DNA of 64,000 bases. It comes from Anaeramoeba ignava BMAN. Taxonomy: Eukaryota; Protista; Anaeramoebae. Every line of letters starts with the position of its first letter. Positions within the stretch are counted from its first letter, which is position 1. The DNA is taken from the NCBI GenBank assembly GCA_028826165.1, contig JAPDFW010000063.1:124001-188000 (forward strand), read 5' to 3'. The notes below the pieces were generated by a model that was given only the letters and a program-made list of their open reading frames with translations, did no database searches and was not told the DNA's origin. A program made the position numbers and the translations under genes. Below are positions 26,498-39,374 of the stretch, piece after piece.

Positions 26498-29400
26498 TTA
26501 AATTTCAAAAATTGAATGGAAATGTCGAATTAATTGATAATTTGAATTGATAATTTTTTTATTCTTTTCAAATTCTTGGAGATCATTCACTAAATTTGAG
26601 TTATTTGATTGAGAATTATCATCTCCTTCATTTTCCTTATTAATTAAAGTGGGAGGAAATTCAATGATAGGAAATAAAAATGGATAAGAGACTTCATGCC
26701 TGAGAACAACTGAAGAACAAGAGGAAACCAAAAATTTTGTAATCTTGTTTTTGCGATAAAGAACCAAATTATAGAAAATAACTTCTCTGAATTGCTCTAA
26801 ACCATAAGGAAGAAAGTTGGGATGAGAATCAACAAGAACAAATTTTTTTCTTGAAATATCACCAACTAATAAACGTATTAAATTAATCTCTCCGTTTGAG
26901 TTTGATTGGCAGGTCTTCTTGTAGACAACACCATCAAAAGAATAAAACCCATTGACTGATAAACAATCAAACGGCCAGCTCATGTTTTGGTTGGAGCTTA
27001 TTTTTGATTTGTGATCCCACCAAAACTTATTATAAAATTTGCAAATCCCTGGCTTTTTGAGAAGAACACTTGTGAATAAACCTCGTTTGTTTTCAAAACT
27101 AATTTTCTGACTCAGCAAACAAATTTGTTGTCTTTTGTGATTCCACTCAAAAAAAGGTGCATCCAATTCAAACATGCTTTTTTGACTTATATCTGAAGAA
27201 CCGCAACGAATAATCAAATGGGAAATCTCAATCTTGTTGTTCATTATCACCTCAACTTTTCCTTTTGTTTGGGGTTGGAATAGATCTGGGTTTACTCCTT
27301 TAAGTGAATATAACTGGTTGGGGTGTATTGTCTGGAATAAACGGAAGTTCTCTTGGAATTCAGACATGAAAACCAGTGATATGCGCTTGGTATGCTTTTT
27401 TTTCTTAAGAGGGAAGTGAACTCCTTCAACCTTGAAATTCTGGGTTTGGTTTTCCTGTTTCGTAATGCCTGTTTTGGATTTCACAAGGATAATCAATAGA
27501 TTTTCTGTTTCTAAAATTTTGAAGCGTTTGTGTTCCAAGAGAAACCAAAAGAAATCGCTTTGAGTCAGTTTTGCATAGCAATTAACTCGTTTTGTTTCCC
27601 CTTTAATATATGCATTTTCATTTGCAAATGTGATTGAATTGATGAGTAGAATCGCATTTTTTTGTCTCGCTAATTGGGGAGTGGGCAATGTGTCTTGGAA
27701 AACAACAGGAAGTCTCACGGAATCTCCAAGAAAAATTGCATTGGATTCAAAAGAAACTCGGGCAATAATGCTGCATTTGTTTGTGGGGTTTTTTGTCTCC
27801 AAAAATCTCAGTGGATAGAAAAATTGTTTTGAGATTGTTTGATGGTCACTATAAAACTTCCCAAAAAATTCCATTGATTCATGTTCTTTTGGGTTTGTTT
27901 GCATTTTGGAAGTGTTGGAGAAATTATTCAATTTGATCAGTTTTGTCAATTTGAAAATTTCTGATCCAAAATGAGATCCTTCATTGGAATATTGCGGTGA
28001 AAACCGTTCAATTTGGGATAATGTTTTGGGATTGCAGAAATAGAAGATGTAAGAATATATTTTTTTAAAAAGATCTCGAGGAATACTTGAGTCTTTCAGC
28101 ATCCAGTGATTGGATGGCAATAGGGAAGAAAAAATTCTGGAATAGTCAGAATATCCATTTATAAGCCAGGCCTTTTTCTGCTTTAATGGGGTGTTAACTC
28201 CATTCGAAAAATCTAAAATCTTAAATTGGGTTCTCAAATTGCACTTGATTTTCTTGTATTTGGATATTCGTATTTTTTTTGAGAACTTCACCTCTAATTT
28301 ACATCCTGGTCGGAACCCACGAATATCCATCTGGAAGGGTTTCGGAAGAATAAGGCAATATCTCCCAACACTAATTTCATTTGCGATAATTTCTTGGTTC
28401 AATATCCCAATCACTCTATCAGAAATATGCTCTCTTATTTCTTTTGATTCCAAACTTGTTTTTTGGTTCTCAATTTTTTTTTGGTTGGAATCTGATCCTT
28501 CTTCTTTGGGTTTATTGTCGGGATCTGTATCTGAGGTAAGCTGGATTTTGGGCGGTTCTTTCTTTTTGGGGTGATTTCTCCCTTTTGTTCTCGGTTTTTT
28601 TTTGGGTTGTGATTCATTAGAATCTGACTCTGACTCTGACTCTGATTCTGATTCTGAATTTGATTGGGATTGGGATTGGGATTGAGATTGGGATTCTGAT
28701 GTTGATTCTGATTCTGATTGGGATTCTGATGTTGATTCTGATTTTTCATTGGGGGATTTCTCAATTCTCATGTCAGTATTTGTATTCTCATTATTTGGAT
28801 CTTGTTTTAATTTCTTTTTTTTTTCGCGAGTTGTTGACTGAGTTTGATTTTGGGATTGGATCTCAAAGTTTTTACCAGAATAATAAATAATTGATCCCAA
28901 TTTGTCAACTTTTATTACGTTATAAAAGTTGTATCTGAGACCAGAAAACAAAGTGGAATACCATTTCAGAGAAGTTTTACCCACAACCATAACAAGAATA
29001 GGATCTTTTTTTTTGGATTCCTGTATTTCTAATAAATAGAAATAACGAATTTTCTTTTTAGTTTTTCTGGGGAAAACTAGTTGAGAAATTTGGTTGAGAA
29101 TATTTAAATTATTATCGCTGCTATTATTAAAGTAATTGGAGAATTGGGTTTGCGGGGTTGTATTTTCTTTATACTCTGTTTGAGGGATTTCAAAAATGGT
29201 AGAATCTTGAATAGGACTTTTGGCAATAACTTTAGCAGAAAGATTTACAAACTCATTTTTACTAATAATATTTTGGGGAGTTATTTTTTCTTTTTCTCCT
29301 TCAATTTCAAGTTCTTTTTTTTCTTTTTCCTTTGTTTCGGAATCAGAATGAAGAATCCACAAATCACGGACATCAATCTCCATAAAAGAGGAAAAACCAT

Positions 29401-29761
29401 AAATTACACTTTCATTTTTTTGCCGATTCAAATTATTATCCGGCAAATTAACAAATTGCCATTTTTTAATTAAACAAACGCTTCCAATAATTTCTGGTTT
29501 AGAATGTATAAAAATGGTTTGAATTTCTTCTGATTCATCATTGATTGAAAGTGTTGTTGGGTTTGTTGATGAGACGTTAACTCTGACAAGCAAGAAATTT
29601 GATGGTTTTCTTTGTTTTATTGTTGATTTTTTTAAAGATGTGATTTTTAAGTTTGTTATGGCTTTTGTTTCCGTTGAAATTTTGAGAATAATTTCTGGTT
29701 TTATTTCTATATTATATTTTATTGAACAAATTTTAATCAGGGAAGAAATGAATTTTGACAT
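26498..29761 (-). CDS. CTC1-like multi-OB-fold protein (large subunit of the CST complex)
   Basis: 1087-aa intronless ORF. NLSAKVIAKSP, LKWYSTLFSGLRY, RGFRPGCKLEV and LPYGL...VIF resemble CTC1 motifs (recalled human RGLRPGVCLQL and LPLGLLPG..V.F). Confidence 0.6.
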   Translation of the reverse strand: MSKFISSLIKICSIKYNIEIKPEIILKISTETKAITNLKITSLKKSTIKQRKPSNFLLVRVNVSSTNPTTLSINDESEEIQTIFIHSKPEIIGSVCLIKKWQFVNLPDNNLNRQKNESVIYGFSSFMEIDVRDLWILHSDSETKEKEKKELEIEGEKEKITPQNIISKNEFVNLSAKVIAKSPIQDSTIFEIPQTEYKENTTPQTQFSNYFNNSSDNNLNILNQISQLVFPRKTKKKIRYFYLLEIQESKKKDPILVMVVGKTSLKWYSTLFSGLRYNFYNVIKVDKLGSIIYYSGKNFEIQSQNQTQSTTREKKKKLKQDPNNENTNTDMRIEKSPNEKSESTSESQSESESTSESQSQSQSQSQSNSESESESESESDSNESQPKKKPRTKGRNHPKKKEPPKIQLTSDTDPDNKPKEEGSDSNQKKIENQKTSLESKEIREHISDRVIGILNQEIIANEISVGRYCLILPKPFQMDIRGFRPGCKLEVKFSKKIRISKYKKIKCNLRTQFKILDFSNGVNTPLKQKKAWLINGYSDYSRIFSSLLPSNHWMLKDSSIPRDLFKKIYSYIFYFCNPKTLSQIERFSPQYSNEGSHFGSEIFKLTKLIKLNNFSNTSKMQTNPKEHESMEFFGKFYSDHQTISKQFFYPLRFLETKNPTNKCSIIARVSFESNAIFLGDSVRLPVVFQDTLPTPQLARQKNAILLINSITFANENAYIKGETKRVNCYAKLTQSDFFWFLLEHKRFKILETENLLIILVKSKTGITKQENQTQNFKVEGVHFPLKKKKHTKRISLVFMSEFQENFRLFQTIHPNQLYSLKGVNPDLFQPQTKGKVEVIMNNKIEISHLIIRCGSSDISQKSMFELDAPFFEWNHKRQQICLLSQKISFENKRGLFTSVLLKKPGICKFYNKFWWDHKSKISSNQNMSWPFDCLSVNGFYSFDGVVYKKTCQSNSNGEINLIRLLVGDISRKKFVLVDSHPNFLPYGLEQFREVIFYNLVLYRKNKITKFLVSSCSSVVLRHEVSYPFLFPIIEFPPTLINKENEGDDNSQSNNSNLVNDLQEFEKNKKIINSNYQLIRHFHSIFEI

Positions 29762-29951
29762 TTAAAAAAAAAGGAAATGAAAGAAAAAAAAAATGAAAAA
29801 AAAGATTTTCAAAATTAAATTTTTTTTTTAATTAATTTTTTTTTTTTTATTTAATTTTTTTTTTATTTTGCCTTCTTATTAAAAAAATTTTTTTTTTCTT
29901 TTTAATTTTTTCATTTTTTTCCTTTTCATTTTTTTTTTTCTTTAGAACAAA

Positions 29952-32068
29952 ATGAGTGATTTATCAGACAAAGAAAAGATTAAAATTGCAACTCATTTCC
30001 TTTTATCTTCTCCACCAGGAGAATTTAATGAAGTTTTAACTGGTAAAATTGATATAAAAATAAATTTAGAAATATAAAAAAAATTTTTTTTAATTTTGCT
30101 TTTTTTTTTTTTGAATTAAAATTATAAATAAAAATTTAAAATAATTTGATTTAAAAATTGAAATTAAATTATAAATAAAAATATAAATAAAATTATAAAT
30201 AAAATTATAAATAAAATTATAAATAAAATATAAATAAAATTATAAATAAAATTATAAATTAATTTGAAATAAAATTATAAATTAATTTGAAATAAAATTA
30301 TAAATAAAATTTGATTTAAAAATTGAAATTAAATTATAAATAAAATTATAAATAAAATTATAAATAAAATTATAAATAAAATTTAAAATAATATTTGAAA
30401 TAAAATTATAAATAAAATTATAAATAAAATTTAAAATAAAATTATAAATAAAATTATAAATAAAATTATAAAATAAAATTTGAAATAAAATTATAAATAA
30501 AATTTGAAATAAAATTATAAATAAAATTATAAATAAAATTATAAATAAAATTATAAATAAAAATATAAAATAATTTGATTTAAAAATTGAAATTAAATTA
30601 TAAATAAAATTATAAATAAAAATTATAAAAATAAAAATTATAAATAAATTATAAATAAAATTTATAAATAAAATTATAAATAAAATTATAAATAAAATTA
30701 TAAATAATTTAAAATAATTTGAAATAAAATTTGAAATAAAATTATAAATAAATTTGAAATAAAATTATAAATTAAAATTATAAATAAAATTATAAATAAA
30801 ATTATAAATAAAATTTAAATAAAAATTTAAAATTATAAATAAAATTATAAATAAAATTATAAATAAAATTATAAATAAAATTATAAAATAATTAAAATTA
30901 TAAATAAAATTATAAATAAAATTTAAAATAATTTGAAATAAAATTATAAATAAAATTATAAATAAAATTATAAATAAAATTTGAAATAAAATTATAAATA
31001 AAATTATAAATAAAATTATAAATAAAATTATAAATAAAATTTGATTTAAAAATTGATTTAAAATTTCAATCAAAAGATGTTAGATCATTATTAGATGATG
31101 ATAAGCTTTTAAATCAAATTGTAGTTTCTGCATTTCGACAATATAATAAAGATCAAATGATTGATCCTGAATCACCAAGTCTTGGTTATAATGTTTTAAT
31201 TACTGAATCTGGAGAAGTTGATGCAAATTCTTATCTTGATCCTCGATCTGGAAAAGTAAACAATTTTAAATTTCAAATTTTAAATTTTAAATTTTTAATT
31301 TAAAATTTCAAATTTCATTAATAAAAATTTTTAATTTTTATAGGTTTTGGGTTTCAATCATATTGACCAAAAATTTACTGGAGATGAACAACAAGGAAGT
31401 CCAAATAATGATCCTATTCAAAAAAAGATTGACCTTGCTATTAATCAATACATTTCTCAACATTTCCCTGATGGAGCTTGCGCAGTTTATTCTGATAAAG
31501 GAAAATACAAAATTTACATTTCAGCAAAAATTTTCAGTCCACAAAATTATTGGTATTTTTTTCTCTATTAATAATTTCAAAAATTTTTTAATTCCAAAAA
31601 ATTTTTTAACAATTTTTCAATTTATTAAGGAATGGAAGATGGAGAAGTATTTGGGAAATGCCAGCTCGTTCTGGAAAAGGAAAATTAACTGGAGAAATTA
31701 AAACAACTGTTCATTTTTATGAAGATGGAAATGTTCAATTAACTACAAACAAGAAAATTGATATTCCAATTACAATTTCTGTAAAAAAAAATTTTTTTAA
31801 CATGAAAACTAAAAAAATTTTTTAACATGAAAACTAAAAAAAATTTTTATATTTAATTTCAAAGGATCCTGATTCAACTGCAAAAGAAGTTGCTAAAGCA
31901 ATTTTCAATGAAGAACATAGTTTCCAACAATCACTTATTACTAATTTTGCTCAAATGGGAGATACATCTTTTAAAAGCTTAAGAAGAAAACTTCCAATCA
32001 CAGGAACTCGTGTTGATTTCTTGAATATTCTTGCTCACAGAGTTACTGATGGTCTTTCTAAGAAATAA
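29952..32068 (+). CDS. CAPZA: F-actin capping protein alpha subunit; 5 exons (29952-30042, 31077-31255, 31344-31552, 31630-31780, 31865-32068)
   Basis: HFLLSSPPGEFNEVLTDVRSLL, NYWNGRWRSIW, VHFYEDGNVQL and FKSLRRKLPITGTRVD. All junctions are in frame. Confidence 0.97.
30110..31050. repeat. Intronic (AAATTATAAATA)n 12-mer satellite in CAPZA intron 1
   Basis: Tandem 12-mers inside the 30043-31076 intron. Confidence 0.92.
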
Positions 32069-32349
32069 ACATTAAAAGAAACAAACACAAACAAATCAAA
32101 ACAAACAAAAAAAAAGATTTTTATCTTTAACTTTTTTTTTTTGACACACTTTCATCAAAAAATTTTTTTTTCAAATTTTCCAAATTTTTTTTTTCCAAAT
32201 TGATTGATTTTTTACTTTTTTACTTTTTTTTTTTCCAATTTTTTTTCTAATTTCAAACAAAACAAAACAAAACAAAACAATAATTTTTTCATTTTTTTTT
32301 TTTCATTTTTTTTTTTCTTAAATCAAAAATTTAATCAAAAATTTAAATT

Positions 32350-32695
32350 ATGTCAGAAGTAAAATCAAGAAATGTTAAAAAAGTAACTCCACCTTGTGTT
32401 GTTTGCAAAAAACCAATTATGGGAACTGTTATTCTTGTAGATTCCAAAAATTATCGTAAAACACAAAATTTTTTTTTAAAAATTATAAATATAAATCAAT
32501 TATTTTTAAATTAAATTTTTTTTTGCTTTTTTTTTTTTCAAATTAAAATTTATAATTAAAGATGAAAAATGTTTTGTTTGTTATGGTTGTCAAAGAAGAT
32601 TAAAACCGATTGATTTTTTTAAATTTGAAGGAAATTATTATTGTGGAGATTGTTTACCAAAAATAACAATGCCTACAGCTTTACAAGACAAATAA
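32350..32695 (+). CDS. Small single-LIM-domain protein (~79 aa); exons 32350-32455 and 32562-32695; absent from the ORF track
   Basis: Spliced sequence CVVC-x16-H-x2-C-x2-C-x2-C-x17-CGDC matches the LIM zinc-finger spacing. Confidence 0.92.
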
Positions 32696-32709
32696 TCTTC
32701 ATTTAATTT

Positions 32710-34460
32710 TTCAAATCCAAATCCAAAATTCAAAATTAAAATTAAAATCAAAATCAAAATCAAAATCAAAATCAAAATATAAATCTAAATCTAAATATAA
32801 ATCCAAATATAAATATAAATCTAAATCTAAATATAAATCAAAATATAAATCAAAATTAAAATCTAAATCAAAAAAATCTAAATCAAAATCAAAATCTAAA
32901 TCAAAATCTAAATCAAAATCAAAATCAAAATCAAAATCAAAATCAAAATCAAAATCAAAATCAAAATCAAAATCAAAATCAAAATTAAAATCTAAATTCA
33001 AAATCAAAATCTAAATTAAAATCTAAATCTAAATCTAAATCTAAATCAAAATCAAAATCAAAATCAAAATCTAAATCTAAATTAAAATCAAAATATAAAT
33101 CTAAATCTAAATCTAAATATAAATCCAAAATCTAAATCTAAATCAAAAATAAAATCAAAATCAAAATCAAAATCAAAATCAAAATAAAAAAATCAAAAAT
33201 CTAAATATAAATCTAAATATAAATCTAAACTCAAAATCAAAATATAAATCTAAATCTAAATCAAAATAAAAATATAAATCAAAATATAAATCAAAATCTA
33301 AATCCAAATAAAATCTAAATATAAATATAAAATAAATATAAAATAAATCTAAATATAAATTTAAAAAAATAAATCCAAAATATAAATATAAATATAAATA
33401 TAAATATAAATATAAAAATATAAATATAAATCAAAAATCAAAATCTAAATCAAAATATAAATCAAAATAAAAATAAAATCCAAATCTAAATCAAAATCAA
33501 AATCAAAAATCAAAATCTAAATATAAATATAAATATAAATCTAAATCAAAATCAAAAATCAAAATCAAAAATCAAAATCAAAATTAAAATCAAAATTAAA
33601 ATCAAAATCAAAATATAAAAAAATAAAATCAAAAATAAAAATAAAAATCAAAATCAAAATAAAATCAAAATCAAAATCAAAATCAAAAATCAAAATATAT
33701 AAATCAAAATCAAAATATAAATCAAAATCAAAATCAAAATCAAAATCAAAATCAAAATCTAAATCAAAATCAAAATCAAAATAAAAATAAAAATATAAAT
33801 CTAAATATAAATCAAAATATAAATCTAAATATAAATCAAAATATAAATCAAAATATAAATCAAAATCTAAATCAAAATAAAAATCAAAATCTAAATCAAA
33901 ATCAAAATAAAAATCTAAATCAAAATCTAAATATAAACATAAATCTAAATCAAAATCTAAATATAAATCTAAATCAAAATCAAAATCAAAATCAAAATTA
34001 AAATATAAATCTAAATCTAAATCAAAATATAACTAAATCAAAATCTAAATCTAAATCTAAATATAAATCAAAATCAAAATAAAAATATAAATATAAATCT
34101 AAATCAAAATATAAATCAAAATCAAAATCAAAATCTAAATCAAAATCAAAATCTAAATCAAAATCAAAATCAAAATCAAAATCAAAATCAAAATATAAAT
34201 CAAAATTAAAATCTAAATCTAAATCAAAATCAAAATATAAATCAAAATCAAAATCAAAATCAAAATCAAAATCAAAATCTAAATCTAAATCTAAATCAAA
34301 ATCAAAATCAAAATCAAAATCAAAATCAAAATCAAAATCAAAATCAAAATCAAAATCAAAATCTAAATATAAATCTAAATCTAAATCAAAATCAAAATAT
34401 AAATATAAATCAAAATCAAAATCAAAATATAAATCAAAATCAAAATATAAATCAAAATTA
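32710..34460. repeat. 1.75-kb (AAAATC/AAATCT/AAATAT)n hexamer satellite downstream of the LIM gene
   Basis: Tandem hexamers, essentially G-free on the + strand. Confidence 0.95.
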
Positions 34461-34581
34461 AATGGAGATTTTTGCTTTTTTCACTTTTTTTTTTGGAAAA
34501 CAAAATAATAAAAAAACATTTTTTCATTTTTTCATTTTTTCATTATTTTTTTCATTATTTTTTTTATTATTTTTTTATTAA

Positions 34582-37500
34582 ATGGATTTTCAAAATTTAA
34601 TCGAACAAGCAACACAATCAACTTTAGAAGAACCTGATTGGACAAAAAATTTTGAAATTATTGATCAATTAACTAAAAATACAACAATGTAAAAAAAAAA
34701 ATTAAAATAAGAAAAAAATAATAAATAATTTGAGTTCTAACTTTAATTTACAAAAACTTTTATTAGTTATCCAGCATTTTTAAAATCATTAAGAACTAAA
34801 ATTTTAAATCAAAATGAACAAACACAAGAATTAGCAATTGAAGTAAAAATAAAATTAAATTATAAATTAAATTATAAATAAAATTATAAATAAAATTATA
34901 AATTAAATTATAAATAAAATTATAAATAAAATTATAAATAAAATTATAAATAAAATTATAAATAAATTATAAATTAAATTATAAATTAAATTATAAATTA
35001 AATTATAAATTAAATTATAAATAAAATTATAAATAAAATTATAAATAAAATTATAAATAAATTATAAATAAAATTATAAATAAAATTATAAATTAAAATT
35101 ATAAATAAAATTATAAATTAAAATTATAAATTAAAATTATAAATTAAATTATAAATAAAATTATAAATAAAATTATAAATAAAATTATAAATAAAATTAT
35201 AAATAAAATTATAAATTAAATTATAAATTAAATTATAAATTAAAATTATAAATAAAATTATAAATTAAAATTATAAATTAAATTATAAATAAAATTATAA
35301 ATTAAATTATAAATTAAAAATTATAAATTAAATTATAAATAAAATTATAAATAAAATTATATAAATAAAATTATAAATTAAAATTATAAATTAAATTATA
35401 AATTAAATTATAAATTAAATTATAAATAAAATTATAAATTAAATTATAAATTAAAATTATAAATTAAAATTATAAAATAAAAATTATAAATAAAATTATA
35501 AATAAAATTATAAATTAAATTATAAATTAAATTATAAATTAAATTATAAATAAAATTATAAATTAAATTATAAATTAAATTATAAATTAAAATTATAAAT
35601 AAAATTATAAATAAAATTATAAATTAAAATTATAAATAAAATTATAAATAAAATTATAAATTAAAATTATAAATTAAATTATAAATAAAATTATAAATAA
35701 AATTATAAATAAAATTATAAATAAAATTATAAATAAAATTATAAATAAAATTATAAATAAAATTATAAATAAAATTATAAATAAAATTATAAATAAAATT
35801 ATAAATAAAATTATATAAATTAAATTATAAACTTAAAATTATAAAAAAATTATAAATTAAATTATTCTGTTTTAGAAAAGAAAATTTAAAGCTTTCAAAA
35901 ATTATAAATTAAAAACAAAAGAAAATTATAAATAAAAATTTTATAAATGATTAAGTTTATAAATTAAAGTTACTTTTTGCTTATTGGAAAAATCTTCCTT
36001 TCAATTTTTCAATAAATTTGTTTTAGAAAAGAAAATATAAATAAAATTTTCAAAAATGTTATAAATAATTAAAAACAAAAGAACAAAAGTATGAAATAAA
36101 AATTTTAGAAATGATTCAAGTTTGGTTAAAACAAAAAGGAAATAATTCTTTTAGCTCTATATTCTGATTTATCTTCAAATGGGAACCAAAATTTTTCAAT
36201 TTTTAAAATTATAAAATAAAAATTATAAATAAAATTATAAATAAAATTATAAATAAAATTATAAATAAAATTATAAATAAAATTATAAATTAAATTATAA
36301 ATAAAATTATAAATTAAATTATAAATTAAATTATAAATAAAAATTATAAATAAAATTATAAATAAAATTTATAAATAAAAATATAAATAAATTTATAAAT
36401 AAAATTATAAATAAAATTTATAATTTAGGAATTGAATTTCCAAAAGTAGAAAATCCACAAATGGTTTCTGAAATAACAGAACCAAAAAAACCAAGATTAA
36501 CACAAGAAGAAGTAAAAATTAAATTATAAATAAAATTATAAATTAAATTATAAATAAAATTATAAATAAAATTATAAATAAAATTATAAATAAAATTATA
36601 AATAAAATTATAAATAAAATTATAAATCAAAAATTATAAATAAAATTATAAATAAAATTATAAATAAAATTATAAATAAAATTATAAATAAAATTATAAA
36701 TAAAATTATAAATAAAATTATAAATAAAATTATAAATAAAATTATAAATAAAATTATAAATAAAATTATAAATAAAATTATAAATAAAATTATAAATAAA
36801 ATTATAAATAAAATTATAAATTAAATTATAAATTAAATTATAAATTAAATTATAAATTAAATTAAAAATAAAATTATAAATAAAATTATAAATAAAATTA
36901 ATCAAAAATTATAAATTAAATATAAATAAAATTATAAATTAAAAGATAAAACTTCAGAACCAAATTACAGTTGCAAAAGAATTAGCAAATGTATTTCGAG
37001 AAACACTTGAATATACAAATCCAAAAGAAAATTTACAAAAAAATCAATTAGTTCAAGAATTATTAGCAAAATGCCAAATTGTTAAGAATAGAATGCCAAG
37101 AGTAATAGAAAAAGTTTCATCAAATGATAAATTACTTGAATTTGCATTACAACAAAATGATGCAATAAATAATGTACTTCAACTTTATCAAGATTATCTT
37201 CAAGGAAAAAGACCAGAAAAACAAGAGAAACAAGAAAAACAAGAGAAAAAAAACCAAAAACAAGAACAAAAAGAAAAAAATCCAAAAAAAAACCAAAAAC
37301 AAGAACAAAAAAAACCAAAACAAATTTCTTTAATTGATGACTTGATAGATTTTAATATCAATCCAAATACAAAACTTGAATCCCCAATTGTTACGAAAAA
37401 CAAAGAAAAAATGAAACATCATCATACAACAAGTGGTGATAATTTACTTGATGATTTTGAATTCTTATCAAATGATTCAACAAATTTACCTCAAGATGAA

Positions 37501-37854
37501 AATATCCAAAAAATTCCTCAAAAAAAACCAAAAAAAAAAATTCAAAAAGCTCCTCAAGGATTTGAACAAGTATTTTCACCAGAAATTGAAAGAAAACCAG
37601 TAAAACCTGTAAATCAAATAAAACCTCCAAAATTGCAAATTCCAGAAAATCAAAATCAAAATCAAAATCAAAATCAAAATCCAGAAAAGGAAGAAAAAAA
37701 AGAAGAAAAAAAGGAAGAAAAAGCAGATCCTGATGATGAATTTGAATCTTTTTTTAGAAAACGTTCAAAATTACGTTTTCATCAAGATAAATTAGTTTCA
37801 AAGAAAAAACAAGAAGAATTTAAAAAAACAGAAGATGATTTCTTTAAATTATAA
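34582..37854 (+). CDS. TOM1-like VHS-GAT endosomal adaptor, multi-exon; the exon at ~35970-36185 is garbled
   Basis: IEQATQSTLEEPDWTKNFEIIDQL, KILEMIQVW and GIEFP (VHS); LVQELLAKC..DKLLEFALQQNDAINNVLQLY (GAT); the tail has SLID, LIDF and DDEF motifs. Confidence 0.85.
34850..36940. repeat. Intronic (AAATTATAAATA/AAATTATAAATT)n satellites filling three VHS-GAT introns
   Basis: Same 12-mer family as in CAPZA intron 1. Confidence 0.9.
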
Positions 37855-38024
37855 AAACCAAAAACAAGAAAATTATTTGAATTTGAATTTGGTATTGAAT
37901 TTGAATTTGAATTTGAACCTTTATTTCTTTTCTTTTCTTTTCTTTTCAATTTATTTCTTTCTTTCTTAAAAAAAATAAAAGAATTTGAAACAACAATTTA
38001 AATAAGAATTTAACTTAATTTAAA

Positions 38025-38995
38025 TAAAAATAGATTTATAAATTAATTTAAAAATATAATTTAATATTTAATTTTATGTTTAAAATAATAATTTAATGTT
38101 TTAAATTTAAATATTTTATTATTTAAATATTTAACATATAAATATAAAAAATGAAAATAGATTTAATTTAATATTTAATTTATAAATTAATTTAAAAATA
38201 TAATTTAATATTTAATTTTATTATTAAAATAATAATTTAATGTTTTAGATTTAAATATTTTATTATTTAAATATTTAACATATAAATATAAAAATAAGAA
38301 TAGATTTAATTTAATATTTAATTTATAAATTAATTTAAAAATATAATTTAATATTTAATTTTATGTTTAAAATAATAATTTAATGTTTTAAATTTAAATA
38401 TTTTATTATTTAAATATTTAACATATAAATATAAAAATAAAAATAGATTTAATTTAATATTTAATTTATAAATTAATCTAAAAATATAATTTAATATTTA
38501 ATTTCATTATTAAAATAATAATTTAATGTTTTAAATTTAAACATTTTATTATTAAAAATTTAACATATAAATATAAAAATAAGAATAGATTTAATTTAAT
38601 ATTTAATTTATAAATTAATTTAAAAAATATAATTTAATATTTAATTTTATGTTTAAAATAATAATTTAATGTTTTAGATTTAAATATTTTATTATTTAAA
38701 TATTTAACATATAAATATAAAAAAAATAAGAATAGATTTGATTTAATATTTAATTTATAAATTAATTTAAAAATATAATTTAATATTTAATTTTATGTTT
38801 AAAATAATAATTTATTGTTTTAGATTTAAATATTTTATTATTTAAATATTTAACATATAAATATAAAAAATAAGAATAGATTTAATTTAATATTTAATTT
38901 ATAAATTAATTTATAAATATAATTTAATATTTAATTTTATTATTAAAATATTAATTTATTGTTTTAGATTTAAATATTTTATTATTTAAAAATAT
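38025..38995. repeat. ~143-bp minisatellite, about 7 units
   Basis: The TAG of the AATAGATTT anchor falls at 38031, 38158, 38301, 38444, 38586, 38733 and 38877. Confidence 0.92.
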
Positions 38996-39374
38996 TTTGA
39001 AAATTGATTTTTGAAATTAAAATTTTATCTTTTTGAATTAAATTGAATTAATATTAATTTGGAAATTTGTTTTAAAATTTAAATTTATTAATAATTTTTA
39101 AATTCAAAAATTTTTAAATTAAAAATTAAAATTAAAATAATTTTCCTTTTTTTTAATAAAAAAAATTAATAAAAAATAATAATAATTTATTAATAAATTA
39201 ATTTAAAATAATAAATTAAAAAGAAAATTAAATTAATTATTAATTTAAATTTATTCTCATTTTTTATATTTTTATTTATTTTCAAAATCCACTTTTTTAT
39301 TCATTTTTAAATTTTTCATTTTTCCTTTTTAAAAACAAAAACAAAAAAAAACAAAACAAAAACACAAAAACAAA

